Program-made: the position numbers and the translations under genes
IMG/VR virus record: IMGVR_UViG_3300037504_000588
Coordinates: 1-64,000 of that record
Length of the DNA stretch: 64,000 nt
Source of the DNA: a virus
Reading direction: 5' to 3' (one strand)
Shown here: positions 1 to 10,110 of the stretch, one piece after another
How the letters are laid out: each line of letters starts with the position of its first letter
Numbering within the stretch: position 1 is the stretch's first letter
The notes under the pieces: generated by a model
What the model was told of the DNA's origin: nothing
Database searches by the model: none
What the model saw: only the letters and a program-made list of their open reading frames with translations

Positions 1-410
1 CTGATGATGTAAAATTATTAACACTTGTAAATGGGAAATGTGCAGAAACGGTTAAGCATTTGATGAAAGATGAAAGAAGCATTAAGGCTGTAGAAGCTGC
101 AATTTCTTACGGAGAAGGGAAAATAAGCAAAAAAGAATTAAAAGAATTTGCTACTGCTGCTCATGATGCTGCTAAGGTTGCTGCTGATGCTGTTTATGTT
201 GCTACTGCTCCTGATGTTGCTAATTATTATGCTGCTGAGGCTACTTCTAAGGTTGCTGCTGAGGCTGTTTATGCTGCTGAGGCTGTTGCTGAGGCTGTTT
301 ATTTTGCTGATTATTATGCTACTTATGCTGCTGCTACAAGAAAAGGAAAACTGCAACAAGCGGCAGATATAGTAAGAAGTATTATTAAAATTGAACAATT
401 TAACTTATAA
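1..410 (+). CDS. Ala-rich low-complexity phage protein, 5' end outside the window; tandem paralogue of 491..1027
   Basis: Frame is open from the window edge (DDVKLLTLVNGKCAETVKHLMKDERS...). It is near-identical to the next gene except in the GCT-rich core. Confidence 0.8.
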   Translation, partial: DDVKLLTLVNGKCAETVKHLMKDERSIKAVEAAISYGEGKISKKELKEFATAAHDAAKVAADAVYVATAPDVANYYAAEATSKVAAEAVYAAEAVAEAVYFADYYATYAAATRKGKLQQAADIVRSIIKIEQFNL

Positions 411-490
411 GAAATACTTTGCATTTTCTTGAAAGCTTCGGTGAGTAGGGGTTTCGCAAGATTTATTAATTAACCAAAAAACGCAAAATC

Positions 491-1027
491 ATGGACAAAG
501 AAAAATTTATCAAAAAATTAAAATCACTAAACGCTTGTGAGGAAGCAATTGAATTTGCAAAAACAAAATCATCCTGGCAAGAAGTGTATTCAGAATGCGA
601 TAGAGGCGATTGGCTGCTGTGGCTCTTCGCTAAAACAAATCCTGATGATGTAAGATTACTAATTCTTGCAAAAGGGAAATGTGCCGAGACAGTCAAACAC
701 CTAATGAAAGATGAAAGAAGTACCGCAGCTGTAGAAGCTGCAATTTCTTACGGAGAAGGGAAAATAAGCAAAAAAGAATTAAAAGAATTTGCTACTGCTG
801 CTCATGATGCTCATGATGCTCGTGCTGCTATTGCTTTCGCCGCTGCTGCTCATGCTGATACTGCCGCTGCTTATGCTGCTTTCGCTGCTTTCGCTGCTGC
901 TGACGCTGACGCTGACGCTTATACTGTTGCTGAGGCTGCTGCTTACGCTTCTACAAGAAAAGAAAAACTGAAACAAGCTGCTGATATAGTAAGAAATGTT
1001 ATTAAAATTGAACAATTTAACTTATAA
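491..1027 (+). CDS. Ala-rich low-complexity phage protein (LNACEEA...WLLWL type)
   Basis: 178-aa ORF; shares long identical DNA blocks with 1..410. Confidence 0.8.
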   Translation: MDKEKFIKKLKSLNACEEAIEFAKTKSSWQEVYSECDRGDWLLWLFAKTNPDDVRLLILAKGKCAETVKHLMKDERSTAAVEAAISYGEGKISKKELKEFATAAHDAHDARAAIAFAAAAHADTAAAYAAFAAFAAADADADAYTVAEAAAYASTRKEKLKQAADIVRNVIKIEQFNL

Positions 1028-1107
1028 GAAAGCCTTTGGGGTTTCGCAGGATTCACAATCAACTTTCACAAGATGAATAAAGAAGAGATAATTAAAATAC
1101 TAAACAG

Positions 1108-1593
1108 ATGAAATATATCATACCAATAGATAAAAAATCAATTAAAAGAAACCCAAAATACGGGGAAAAGGTAGAGTATATTCCTACTGGTAGAGAAATT
1201 ACATTTGAAAGTAACTTCATACCTACAGCTTTGAAGGATCGTTTGATTATATCAGAAAAGGGGACTTGTTTTAGTGGTATTCTAATTGAAGAACCAACTC
1301 ACGAAGAAATTCAAGAGATTCTTAAAGAGAATAAGGATGGTCAGTTTTTTTATTGCAGTGTAAAACTAAATTATCAACCTGTATATAAAAACGAACCCAA
1401 ATACTTTTATAATTATGAAATTGTAAAAGTAAAGTGCGATAGTTGTGGTGGTGAATTTATGAGTGACGAATTTAAAGAACTTGAATGTGAAGATGGATAT
1501 GATTACAGTTACACTTATACGGGTTGTCCCAAATGTGGAGCTTGGCATTGTTGCGATGTAGAATATGAAGATATTAAAGATATTAAATTATAA
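1108..1593 (+). CDS. Hypothetical protein with C-terminal Zn-ribbon
   Basis: CDSCG...CPKCG motifs. Confidence 0.65.
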   Translation: MKYIIPIDKKSIKRNPKYGEKVEYIPTGREITFESNFIPTALKDRLIISEKGTCFSGILIEEPTHEEIQEILKENKDGQFFYCSVKLNYQPVYKNEPKYFYNYEIVKVKCDSCGGEFMSDEFKELECEDGYDYSYTYTGCPKCGAWHCCDVEYEDIKDIKL

Positions 1594-1642
1594 CATGGAA
1601 CCTCTAATAATTAATAATTTTAAACTTTTAAACATTCGAAAA

Positions 1643-2863
1643 ATGGAAACTTTAACAACAATCACAAAAGAAGAATTAAATCAATTACCAGTTAATGAAT
1701 TACGTAAAGAAGCATCATCTTTAGGTATAAAGAATTATATCAGATTAGGGCAAAATGAACTAATTGAAGCTATTCTTAAAGAACAATCAAAACTTCAACT
1801 TATTGAAGAACAATCAAAACTTCAACTTATTGAAGAGATTGACCAGAAAATGGATAAAGTTATTGCAGAGAAGAATGATGATTTGTACAAAAAAGTCATG
1901 TCTTCACTGGGGGGCGAGTACGATAGTGATTTAGATGATCTTTTAGACGAAGCATCTTTTGAGGTTTTAAAAAAAACAAATTCTCTATTTGAAAAAAGTG
2001 AAGAAGTAAAAGAGTTTAATCCTTATCAATTAATAAATGAAATCAACAGTAAAAAGCCCGAAAGGGTTTTAGAAAAAGATGCTGTTAATGATACAAAAAG
2101 AAGTGATATATTTTATATTGACCCTAAATTAATTAAAGCTGAAAGTGGTTTTAATACACGTATTGATTATGGAGATATGGATGAATTGGTATCTTCTATA
2201 ATTGAAAATGGTGTAAGAGTACCATTGAGAGGATATAAGGAAGGAGATAATTATATTCTTGTTGATGGACATAGAAGGTTTAGAGCCGTTACACTTGCAT
2301 TGCAGAATGGGATTGATATAGCAAGAGTACCTTTTATATCAGAGAAGAAGAAAAGTAAAGAAGACAGGATTTTTGATATTTTGCTTTTAAATGATGGAAA
2401 GCCATTAAGTCCTCTGGAGCTTGGGGAAACATACCTTAAATTAAAAAAATATGGTTATAGTATAGCTGAAATATCCAGAAAAATAGGTAAAAGTGCAAAG
2501 CAAATAACATCTATGATTGGAGTTGCTGAATCAAGCAAAGAAGTTAAGAAGGTAATACAGGAAGGCAATATATCCGCTTCCCTTGTAGCAGAAATAAAGA
2601 AAAAGGTTAAAGATGAGGATAAGGTATCTGAGATTGTTTCTACTGTATCTTCTATAAAAAAAGAATCAGGAGATAAAAAGGGTCATAAAATAACTAAAAA
2701 AGATATTGATGATTTAGTTCACTCCAAAGAGGAAATAAAGGAAAATAAGGTTTATAAACATAAAGAGGTTATTGATTTGTTGAAAAAACAAATAGATAAG
2801 TGTTGTGAAAACTTACCAGATGAGTTAAAAGAAACGGTGATGAAAACTGAAATTGTTTTGTGA
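1643..2863 (+). CDS. ParB/Srx-domain protein with HTH and a Rho-N-like N-terminal helical motif
   Basis: FNTR..ELVSSIIENGV..LVDGHRR ParB motifs; SIAEISRKIGKS HTH; ELRKEASSLGIKNY. ATG at 1643 follows an A-rich leader. Confidence 0.8.
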   Translation: METLTTITKEELNQLPVNELRKEASSLGIKNYIRLGQNELIEAILKEQSKLQLIEEQSKLQLIEEIDQKMDKVIAEKNDDLYKKVMSSLGGEYDSDLDDLLDEASFEVLKKTNSLFEKSEEVKEFNPYQLINEINSKKPERVLEKDAVNDTKRSDIFYIDPKLIKAESGFNTRIDYGDMDELVSSIIENGVRVPLRGYKEGDNYILVDGHRRFRAVTLALQNGIDIARVPFISEKKKSKEDRIFDILLLNDGKPLSPLELGETYLKLKKYGYSIAEISRKIGKSAKQITSMIGVAESSKEVKKVIQEGNISASLVAEIKKKVKDEDKVSEIVSTVSSIKKESGDKKGHKITKKDIDDLVHSKEEIKENKVYKHKEVIDLLKKQIDKCCENLPDELKETVMKTEIVL

Positions 2864-2906
2864 AATTGTTATATTTGTAATAAATTTTTGAGTTATTTTT
2901 AAATAA

Positions 2907-5462
2907 ATGAATATGTTTATAGATTGGAACAATTTTGAAAATGAGTTAATTTCTCGTAGAGATGAAATTAATAAAGCATGGGAGAACGATATAAGTAAAG
3001 CAGATAGATCACACTTAACTAAGAAGATTATAACCGTTACAAGAGATGGGAAAACATTCAAGCAAACCGTTTATGTAAATCCAAAAGATGATAAAAAGGA
3101 AGAGGCAGTTGTAGGTGAAGAATTGTCTCCAGAGGTAAAAGGAATGAATATCAATAAATATTCAGATAAATCTTTACTTATTACTGGTGACACTTATGTT
3201 AATATTGACACATTAAGAAAAATAAAGCAAGATATTGGTGTAGGCAACTGGAATAGTAAATTAAAAGGATGGATATTCCCTATTGCTTATCTTGAAAAAG
3301 TTTTAGGTCATATATGGTCTGGTCTTGTTGAAAAAGGAGAGGATGAAAAGGCGCAAGCGGTTCAAAATCAAAAAAACTCTACATTCAATCAAGGAGATGA
3401 AGCAAATATTCATGGAGAGAAAGGCAAAATAGAAGAAAATGTTTCTGATTCAGAAGGAACAAAATATAATATATCTCTTGATGACGGAACAAAACTTGAA
3501 GGGGTAAATGAAAAGGTTATGAATAAAGAACCTGAAAAAGATGATAAAAAGATAAGAAATATAGTAAATAACACTTCACCTGAATCAAGAACAAAGTCAG
3601 AAAAACAGATTTATGGCATTAAACCAATTAAAGATATTCATAATTATTCTTTGCAGGAATATATGGAAATGCATGGCATATCAAAACAAGACATAGATCG
3701 TGTTATAAATTCTATAAAAAACCCAAAAAAGAGAGAAGGAAGCAAAACTTCTTCTGGTAGCAGTAAACAATACACACAAAAAGATAAAATACAAGGGTTA
3801 ACAAAGAGACAAATAATAGGTAAACTTGTATATGCACATTATAATGCAGTTAAAAAAGCTATTAATGATGGAAAAGTTGTTGATGACAAAGTATTATCTA
3901 TTTATAATGACTTAAAAGAGGCTTACAGTAAGAAAAGAAGTGCAATGTCAGAAGAAACTAAACGTAAGATTAGTGAAGCACTGAAAAAGAATAAAGTTGA
4001 AGAAACAGACAATAAAATACTTAAAAAAGAAAATAACGAGGCAGAAGATCAAGGTTTTTCAGATATAAACAAAAAAGATTATCAACCTAAAGAAGGTCAG
4101 AAAATAAGCGGTGTATACTCTTCCTATTCAACTCAAGATACTGAGTTTACATTAGAAACTAAGGATTATACAGACATACCCCCATTAGATGTTGTAATTC
4201 CAAAAGCAAAAGATATACTTAATAAACCAAAGCCTTATTTTATTCCAAATATAGATGAAAAACATTTTTCAAGAAATTCTTATACCTTGTCTGCTGTTAA
4301 ATTAGATGAAGATAAATATTTGGTTGCTCTGGATGGGTTTGAGAAAAGTGAAAATTATAGGACAATATTAAATCAGTCTGGCAATTACGCCATAATGTCA
4401 TTAGATACTTTTGTAGCTACTCAAAATTATTATCAATTAAAAGCAAAGGAAGAGTTTAAGAAAAGAAAAATAGAAGATTTAGAAAAAAGACGAGAGAGGT
4501 ATGCTGAGTCCATGATGAGAATAAAAGGTGTATCTAAAGAAGAGGCTATGAAAATGGCTAAAGATTATTATAAAAAACCATCTGGACAAAGATTAAAAAT
4601 CTTATCTAAAAATAGGGTTACGTATGATCAATTACACATGATTCAAAATGTTAAAACAAAGGAAGATGGGTCTAAATTAAGCAGAACAGAAGCATTAAGG
4701 GAATATTCTGAATTAAATAAAATTAAAAACCAAAAGTCCTTAGATTTGTCTTTGCAGCAAGAATACATAGATTCTGCATATACAAAAGGAGCAGAAACAT
4801 CATTTGGAGATTCTAACACTAAAGATGACCTATTAAAAGATTATGGTGTTAAAGTAAAAAGGCAAAATGGAGATGAGATAACTAAAGATGAAATTAGTCA
4901 GATTAAAGAAGCTATGGATGTGACAACTAAACTTTTTGGCAATAATAAAGAAATGAACAAAGAGTTTGGTTTAAAAATATCTCACGCTGGAGAAAAGAGA
5001 ATGCATGCAAGAAGAGCTATTGGCTTATTTCACCCTTATTATAATGCAATAGGTGTAAGTGAAGCCTATGGTGACAATAAATTCCAATTTACTTTTGGAC
5101 ATGAGTATGCTCATTTTATGGACTATTGGATAGGAAAACAAACAGGCAACACGTATGCATCAGATAAGGAGGGAAGTGCAGCAAATGAAATAGCAAGAGT
5201 ATTTAGAAAAAATATGAACAAACCTCCTATTTCTGATTATTGTAGTAGGACTTGTGAGTGCTTTGCCAGGGCACTTGAACAATATACAGCCATAGAAACG
5301 TATGGTGATAATGTTAATAAAATTAAAAAGAAGTATATAGAAACTGATGAACAAGTAAATTTAGAAATATATAAAACTAAGATAAAGCCCCTTGTGGAAA
5401 AATTTATTGATGAAAATAAAGAAATATTAAAATCAATGAATTTATTCGATATTTTAAAATAA
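2907..5462 (+). CDS. Large polyvalent-type protein: NUMOD3-like motif and C-terminal zincin (LPD1/MPTase-like) domain
   Basis: SEETKRKISEALKK; HEYAHFMD...ECFARALEQY; N-terminal INKA/ISKA motifs. Confidence 0.65.
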   Translation: MNMFIDWNNFENELISRRDEINKAWENDISKADRSHLTKKIITVTRDGKTFKQTVYVNPKDDKKEEAVVGEELSPEVKGMNINKYSDKSLLITGDTYVNIDTLRKIKQDIGVGNWNSKLKGWIFPIAYLEKVLGHIWSGLVEKGEDEKAQAVQNQKNSTFNQGDEANIHGEKGKIEENVSDSEGTKYNISLDDGTKLEGVNEKVMNKEPEKDDKKIRNIVNNTSPESRTKSEKQIYGIKPIKDIHNYSLQEYMEMHGISKQDIDRVINSIKNPKKREGSKTSSGSSKQYTQKDKIQGLTKRQIIGKLVYAHYNAVKKAINDGKVVDDKVLSIYNDLKEAYSKKRSAMSEETKRKISEALKKNKVEETDNKILKKENNEAEDQGFSDINKKDYQPKEGQKISGVYSSYSTQDTEFTLETKDYTDIPPLDVVIPKAKDILNKPKPYFIPNIDEKHFSRNSYTLSAVKLDEDKYLVALDGFEKSENYRTILNQSGNYAIMSLDTFVATQNYYQLKAKEEFKKRKIEDLEKRRERYAESMMRIKGVSKEEAMKMAKDYYKKPSGQRLKILSKNRVTYDQLHMIQNVKTKEDGSKLSRTEALREYSELNKIKNQKSLDLSLQQEYIDSAYTKGAETSFGDSNTKDDLLKDYGVKVKRQNGDEITKDEISQIKEAMDVTTKLFGNNKEMNKEFGLKISHAGEKRMHARRAIGLFHPYYNAIGVSEAYGDNKFQFTFGHEYAHFMDYWIGKQTGNTYASDKEGSAANEIARVFRKNMNKPPISDYCSRTCECFARALEQYTAIETYGDNVNKIKKKYIETDEQVNLEIYKTKIKPLVEKFIDENKEILKSMNLFDILK

Positions 5463-5524
5463 AATTAATATGTTTATATATAAATTTTACATATCTTTAA
5501 GGTCAAATTATAAACATTCGACAT

Positions 5525-7024
5525 ATGCAAACATTCGGAAAAGACTTTTACCCCACCCCAATTGGTGTAATTAATCAAATGTTATTGGATTTAGATTTAG
5601 AAGGTAAGTATGTACTTGAACCTTCTTCTGGAAAGGGTGATATACTTGATGCTTTAAAAACAAGAGGAGCTAAAACAATAGCTTGTGAGAAAAATAAAAA
5701 TCTTGCAACAATATCAAAAAGTAAATGTGATAGGTTTTTAAAGAATGATTTTCTTCAAGTAACAAGGGAAGAAATATCACATATTTCTTATATTGTGATG
5801 AACCCTCCTTTTTCAGCGGATGAAGTACACGTTATACATGCCTGGGAAATTGCTCCAGATGGGTGTGAAGTAATTGCCCTGTGTAATTCTGAAACAATCA
5901 ACAATAGTTATTCTTCCTATAGAAAAAGACTGAGTGCAATAATAAAAGAAAACGGTAAAACCCAATTTCTTGGTGATTGCTTTTCTACAGCAGAAAGAAA
6001 AACAGATGTAAATGTAACCCTTGTTCATCTTTACAAACCAAAACCAGAAGGTGAAGATGAATTTGAGGGTTATTTTGATATGGAAGAAGATGAGGGTAAT
6101 TATGATAGTGGGATAATGAAATTTGACGAAATAACCAACATAGTTAATCGTTATGTGGGCGCAGTTAAAATGTATGATTCTGTTATTGGAAAAGCAAATG
6201 AAATAAATGAATTAATTTCTCCTATTGCTAATGATAATATTTATTTTGGTTCCTATGAAAGAAGAGGAGGCGATCATTACACAATAACAAGGGAAGAATT
6301 TAAAAAATCATTGCAAAAGAACGCCTGGAGGTCATTGTTCAACAAAATGAACCTTTCTAAGTATGTTACAAGCTCTGTAATGGAAGATATTAATAAGTTT
6401 GTAGAACAACAGGAGAATGTTCCTTTTACAGTTAGAAACGTTTATAAAATGTTTGAAATGATAGTAGGAACAAGCGGTTCAAGAATGGAAAGGGTTATTG
6501 TGGAAGCTTTTGATAAAATAACAAAACATTACCATGATAACAGGTATCATGTAGAAGGTTGGAAAACCAACGATCAATGGATGGTAAATAAAAAGTTTAT
6601 TTTACCTTATGTTATACAACATTCATATTCTGGAGGAATGGGTGCTTCATATTCAAGAAGTGGAAGTCAAACAATGGATGACATACATAAGGCATTATGT
6701 TATGTAACTGGTACTTCTTTTAATAGTTCTCCTGACTGGTGGGATTTTATGAACAGGACTTACGAGAAAGACGAAGATGGTAATTTAATAAAAGGAGAAT
6801 ACGGCAGGGAAATAAAAGTTATCCGTCATTTTGGAACATGGTATGATTGGGGATTTTTTCAAATAAAAGGTTTTAAAAAAGGAACACTTCACGTTAAATT
6901 TAAAGATGATAAAGTGTGGGAGAAATTCAACCTAATGGCTTGTAAAGCTAAAGGATGGCAATTACCAGAAACTACAGAACATGATTTTAGAAAGAAAACA
7001 ACAGGAGTAGAAATATATGAATAA
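5525..7024 (+). CDS. N6-adenine DNA methyltransferase with DUF4942-like C-terminus
   Basis: DFYPTP, LEPSSGKG (SAM binding), MNPPF (catalytic), GWKTN, FKKGTLH. Confidence 0.85.
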   Translation: MQTFGKDFYPTPIGVINQMLLDLDLEGKYVLEPSSGKGDILDALKTRGAKTIACEKNKNLATISKSKCDRFLKNDFLQVTREEISHISYIVMNPPFSADEVHVIHAWEIAPDGCEVIALCNSETINNSYSSYRKRLSAIIKENGKTQFLGDCFSTAERKTDVNVTLVHLYKPKPEGEDEFEGYFDMEEDEGNYDSGIMKFDEITNIVNRYVGAVKMYDSVIGKANEINELISPIANDNIYFGSYERRGGDHYTITREEFKKSLQKNAWRSLFNKMNLSKYVTSSVMEDINKFVEQQENVPFTVRNVYKMFEMIVGTSGSRMERVIVEAFDKITKHYHDNRYHVEGWKTNDQWMVNKKFILPYVIQHSYSGGMGASYSRSGSQTMDDIHKALCYVTGTSFNSSPDWWDFMNRTYEKDEDGNLIKGEYGREIKVIRHFGTWYDWGFFQIKGFKKGTLHVKFKDDKVWEKFNLMACKAKGWQLPETTEHDFRKKTTGVEIYE

Positions 7025-7256
7025 TTCAGACTTAATAAAAATAGGTTTCAAAAGAATAGACCATTATAAGGATTCTGAAATAGAATACATGGTCTATCAG
7101 TTTAAAATAAATGATACAACATTTATTGATTTTACGGAAACAATATTTCCCAAAAAGGAGAAATGTTTTGATTTGGTTGTAAATAACGAAATGACAGAGG
7201 TATATTTTAATTCAACAGAAGAAATAATTAATTTTAAAAACCATTTTAATAAATGA
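7017..7256 (+). CDS. Hypothetical protein
   Basis: ORF overlaps both neighbours in operon style. Confidence 0.6.
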   Translation: MNNSDLIKIGFKRIDHYKDSEIEYMVYQFKINDTTFIDFTETIFPKKEKCFDLVVNNEMTEVYFNSTEEIINFKNHFNK

Positions 7257-8068
7257 AAAAACAAGAAGGATTAAGGTACAACAAAGGTAAACTAAGACTT
7301 GATCTTATAACTCCTCAGATAATAAAAGGCATAGGTGAAGTTCTCACTAAAGGGGCGGAAAAATATGCTGACCGTAATTGGGAATTGGGTATGTCATGGT
7401 CAAAGGTTATAGCTTCTTTAAAAAGACATTTACTTGCTGTTGAAAAAGGAGAAGATTATGATCAAGAAACAGGTTTGTTACATATAAATCATATTCTTTG
7501 TAATGCAGGATTTTTATCTACCTATTATCAAACTCATCCTGAATTCGATGATCGTCCCAACACTTTCTTTAATAAAAGAGTGGTACTTGACATTGATGGG
7601 GTATTGGCTGATTTTAATAAATCAGTTAAAGAAAAATACAGTATAAAAAATACTCCTTATCATTGGTATTATTCTTATGAATTTAAGAAAAGTGAATTAT
7701 GGAGTGAATTAAGTCAGGATAAAGATTTTTGGTTAAAATTAGAGCCTTTAATTAAAGGAGAGGAATTACCGTTTGATCCGGTATGTTATGTAACCAGCAG
7801 ACCTGTACCAAAAGAATGGTGTGAGGAATGGTTGGAGAAAAACAACTTCCCTTGTGTCCCTGTTCACGTTGTAAATGGAAGTAAGGTTGCAAAACTAAAG
7901 GAATTATCAGAAATACATAATATTGACTGGTTTGTTGATGATAGGTATGCTAATTTTGTTGAATTAAATAAAAACGGTATATTTACATATCTATTTGATC
8001 AACCCTGGAACAGTAAATACAATGTAGGTCATAAGAGAATTTATTCCTTAAATGATTTAGTTAAATAG
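7253..8068 (+). CDS. dATP/dGTP diphosphohydrolase (DUF5664-like) fused to HAD 5'(3')-deoxyribonucleotidase
   Basis: GKLRLDL..GAEKY..RNWELG..SLKRH..DQETGLLH; then LDIDGVLADF and FVDD HAD motifs. Confidence 0.8.
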   Translation: MKKQEGLRYNKGKLRLDLITPQIIKGIGEVLTKGAEKYADRNWELGMSWSKVIASLKRHLLAVEKGEDYDQETGLLHINHILCNAGFLSTYYQTHPEFDDRPNTFFNKRVVLDIDGVLADFNKSVKEKYSIKNTPYHWYYSYEFKKSELWSELSQDKDFWLKLEPLIKGEELPFDPVCYVTSRPVPKEWCEEWLEKNNFPCVPVHVVNGSKVAKLKELSEIHNIDWFVDDRYANFVELNKNGIFTYLFDQPWNSKYNVGHKRIYSLNDLVK

Positions 8069-8289
8069 TGATCTCTCAAATAGGCATATTTGTATTCGGT
8101 GCTTCTGCTATATGGTTTGTTGGCAGGAGGGAGAAGTGGTCAAGATGGGGTTATGTCTTAGGATTACTAAGCCAACCATTTTGGTTCTACTCTACTATTA
8201 AATTAGAGCAATGGGGAATGGTTACACTTTGCACATTTTATATGTATAGCTGGGTTCAAGGGTTTTATAATTACTGGATAAAGAAATAA
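8068..8289 (+). CDS. Small membrane protein
   Basis: Three hydrophobic segments; WGYVLGLLSQPFW. Confidence 0.6.
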   Translation: MISQIGIFVFGASAIWFVGRREKWSRWGYVLGLLSQPFWFYSTIKLEQWGMVTLCTFYMYSWVQGFYNYWIKK

Positions 8290-8293
8290 AATT

Positions 8294-8521
8294 ATGATTA
8301 TAGAAATAAATAAATGTTCAGATTGTCCATTTTTTAACGAAAACCAATCATTAGATCATGGATTATATCAAACTGGAGAATATTATCCTTCGTGCGATTA
8401 TTGTGATCATGATTTTGGAAGACAATGGTCGGATACCATAGAAGATATAATTCCACCGAATGTTTGCCCTATTAGAGATGAAGGTATTTTTATAAAATTA
8501 AACGAGAAAAAATTTAAATAA
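8294..8521 (+). CDS. Cys-rich hypothetical protein
   Basis: CSDCPF...CDYC...CP. Confidence 0.55.
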   Translation: MIIEINKCSDCPFFNENQSLDHGLYQTGEYYPSCDYCDHDFGRQWSDTIEDIIPPNVCPIRDEGIFIKLNEKKFK

Positions 8522-8545
8522 TTAACTTTAAAAATTGCTTAACCA

Positions 8546-9346
8546 ATGAGGTATTTTGGGGGGAAATCACGTATATCTAAACAAATAAGTAATTATATAA
8601 ACAATTTATCATGCAATATTTTGGGGGAAAGTCAAGAATATCAGAAAAAGTCGCAAAATTTATTAACACACACACACACAACACCTACGTTGAACCTTTT
8701 TGTGGGGCATGTAATGTAGCATCTAAAGTGAATATCAAAAATAAAATATTAAACGACAAACACCCTTATTTAATAGCAATGTGGGAGGCATTACAAGAAG
8801 GTTGGTTACCTCCAACAGATATTGATGCGGATATGTATTATTATATTAAGAAAAATAGACATGAATTTCCAATGGAAGTCTGTGGATTTATTGGTTTTGC
8901 TTGTGCATTTGGAGGAGTTTGGAATGGGGGGGTTCGCAAGGGATAAAAAAGGTAAAGAAGGTGGTGCAAATTATGCACAAAGAGGATGTAATTCCGTAAT
9001 GAAAAAACTTGAAGGAATAAAGGGTGCTAAATTTTATAATCTTGATTTTCTTGATTTAACTGACCATATTCCTGAAGGAAGTTTAATATACTGTGATCCT
9101 CCTTATAAAAACACTTCACCTTACAACAAACAGTTACTTGGCGAATTTCCTTATGAAATCTTTATAGAATGGGTTAAAATAATGTCAGAATATAATATTG
9201 TTTTAGTTAGTGAATATAAACACAATGTCTATAAAGATGCAAAAATAGTTTTGGAAATACCACAAAGGAAATCCATGAGAGATAAAAATGGAAACCATAT
9301 AGAAACAGTAGAAGTTTTATTTACATATAATAATTTAGAGCAATGA
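8546..9346 (+). pseudogene. Dam-family (D12) adenine methyltransferase, split by a frameshift in a G7 tract; possibly phase-variable
   Basis: YFGGKSR and YVEPFCG in 8611..8946; IYCDPPY in the next frame. Removing one G at 8926-8932 fuses them. Duplicate start at 8546; (CA)7 at 8667-8680. Confidence 0.8.
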
Positions 9347-10092
9347 AATATATGGGAAGTAAAAACCGAATTGCAAAGCACATATTACCAATAATGCTAA
9401 AATATAGAACACCTGAAATGACTTGGGTAGAGCCTTTTGTTGGCGGTGCAAACATGATTGATAAAGTTGAAGGTAAGCGAATAGGTGCAGACTTAAATAA
9501 ATACCTGATTGCTTTATTTACAGCACTACAAAATGGGTGGACGCCACCGAAATTTATTGAAAAGGATAAGCACAAGGATATAGTAAACAATAAAAGTAAT
9601 TATAACCCAGAACTTGTTGGTTGGGCAAGTATAGCTTGTAGTTATAGTGGGAGTGGTTGTGGATTTGCAGGTGTTGTAAAAACAAAAATAGGAACTAAAA
9701 GAAATTACCAAACAGAAGCTATTAATAATATTAATAAACAATTGCCAAAAATTAAATATGTTGAGTTTATTAGTTGTAGTTATGCTGATTTAGATATACC
9801 TCCAAATAGTTTAATTTACTGTGATCCACCTTATGAAAATACAAGTGGTTATAAGAATGTTAATAGCTTTGACCACGATTCTTTTTGGCAATGGTGTAGA
9901 CAGAAAGCAAAAGAAGGGCACACAGTATTTATAAGTGAATATAATGCACCTGATGATTTTTATTGCATTTGGGAGGGTGAATTTAAAAGTAGTTTAAGTG
10001 CGAATGGCAAAAGTGGTGGAAATAAAAATAGTACTGAACGCCTTTTTACCTCAATAGCTGCGATAGCAGACAAAGAACGTGGGCAAACTTAA
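9343..10092 (+). CDS. Dam-family (D12) adenine methyltransferase
   Basis: MKYMGSK, WVEPFVGG, IYCDPPY, FISEY. Confidence 0.9.
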   Translation: MKYMGSKNRIAKHILPIMLKYRTPEMTWVEPFVGGANMIDKVEGKRIGADLNKYLIALFTALQNGWTPPKFIEKDKHKDIVNNKSNYNPELVGWASIACSYSGSGCGFAGVVKTKIGTKRNYQTEAINNINKQLPKIKYVEFISCSYADLDIPPNSLIYCDPPYENTSGYKNVNSFDHDSFWQWCRQKAKEGHTVFISEYNAPDDFYCIWEGEFKSSLSANGKSGGNKNSTERLFTSIAAIADKERGQT

Positions 10093-10110
10093 TTTGAGAA
10101 ATTAAAATAT

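Noticed and set aside
138-1015. Minus-strand Ser-rich and alternate-frame Leu-rich ORFs; also a possible DGR template/variable pair
   Set aside because: These are shadows of GCT repeats. Differences between the copies are not adenine-specific and no reverse transcriptase is present.
1781-1834. 27-bp tandem duplication (EQSKLQLIE x2) in the ParB-like gene
   Set aside because: A real in-frame duplication in a linker, with no sign of wider significance.
7253-8068. Z-genome (2-aminoadenine) pathway
   Set aside because: No purZ or DatZ-like gene in the window, and several adenine methyltransferases argue for ordinary adenine.
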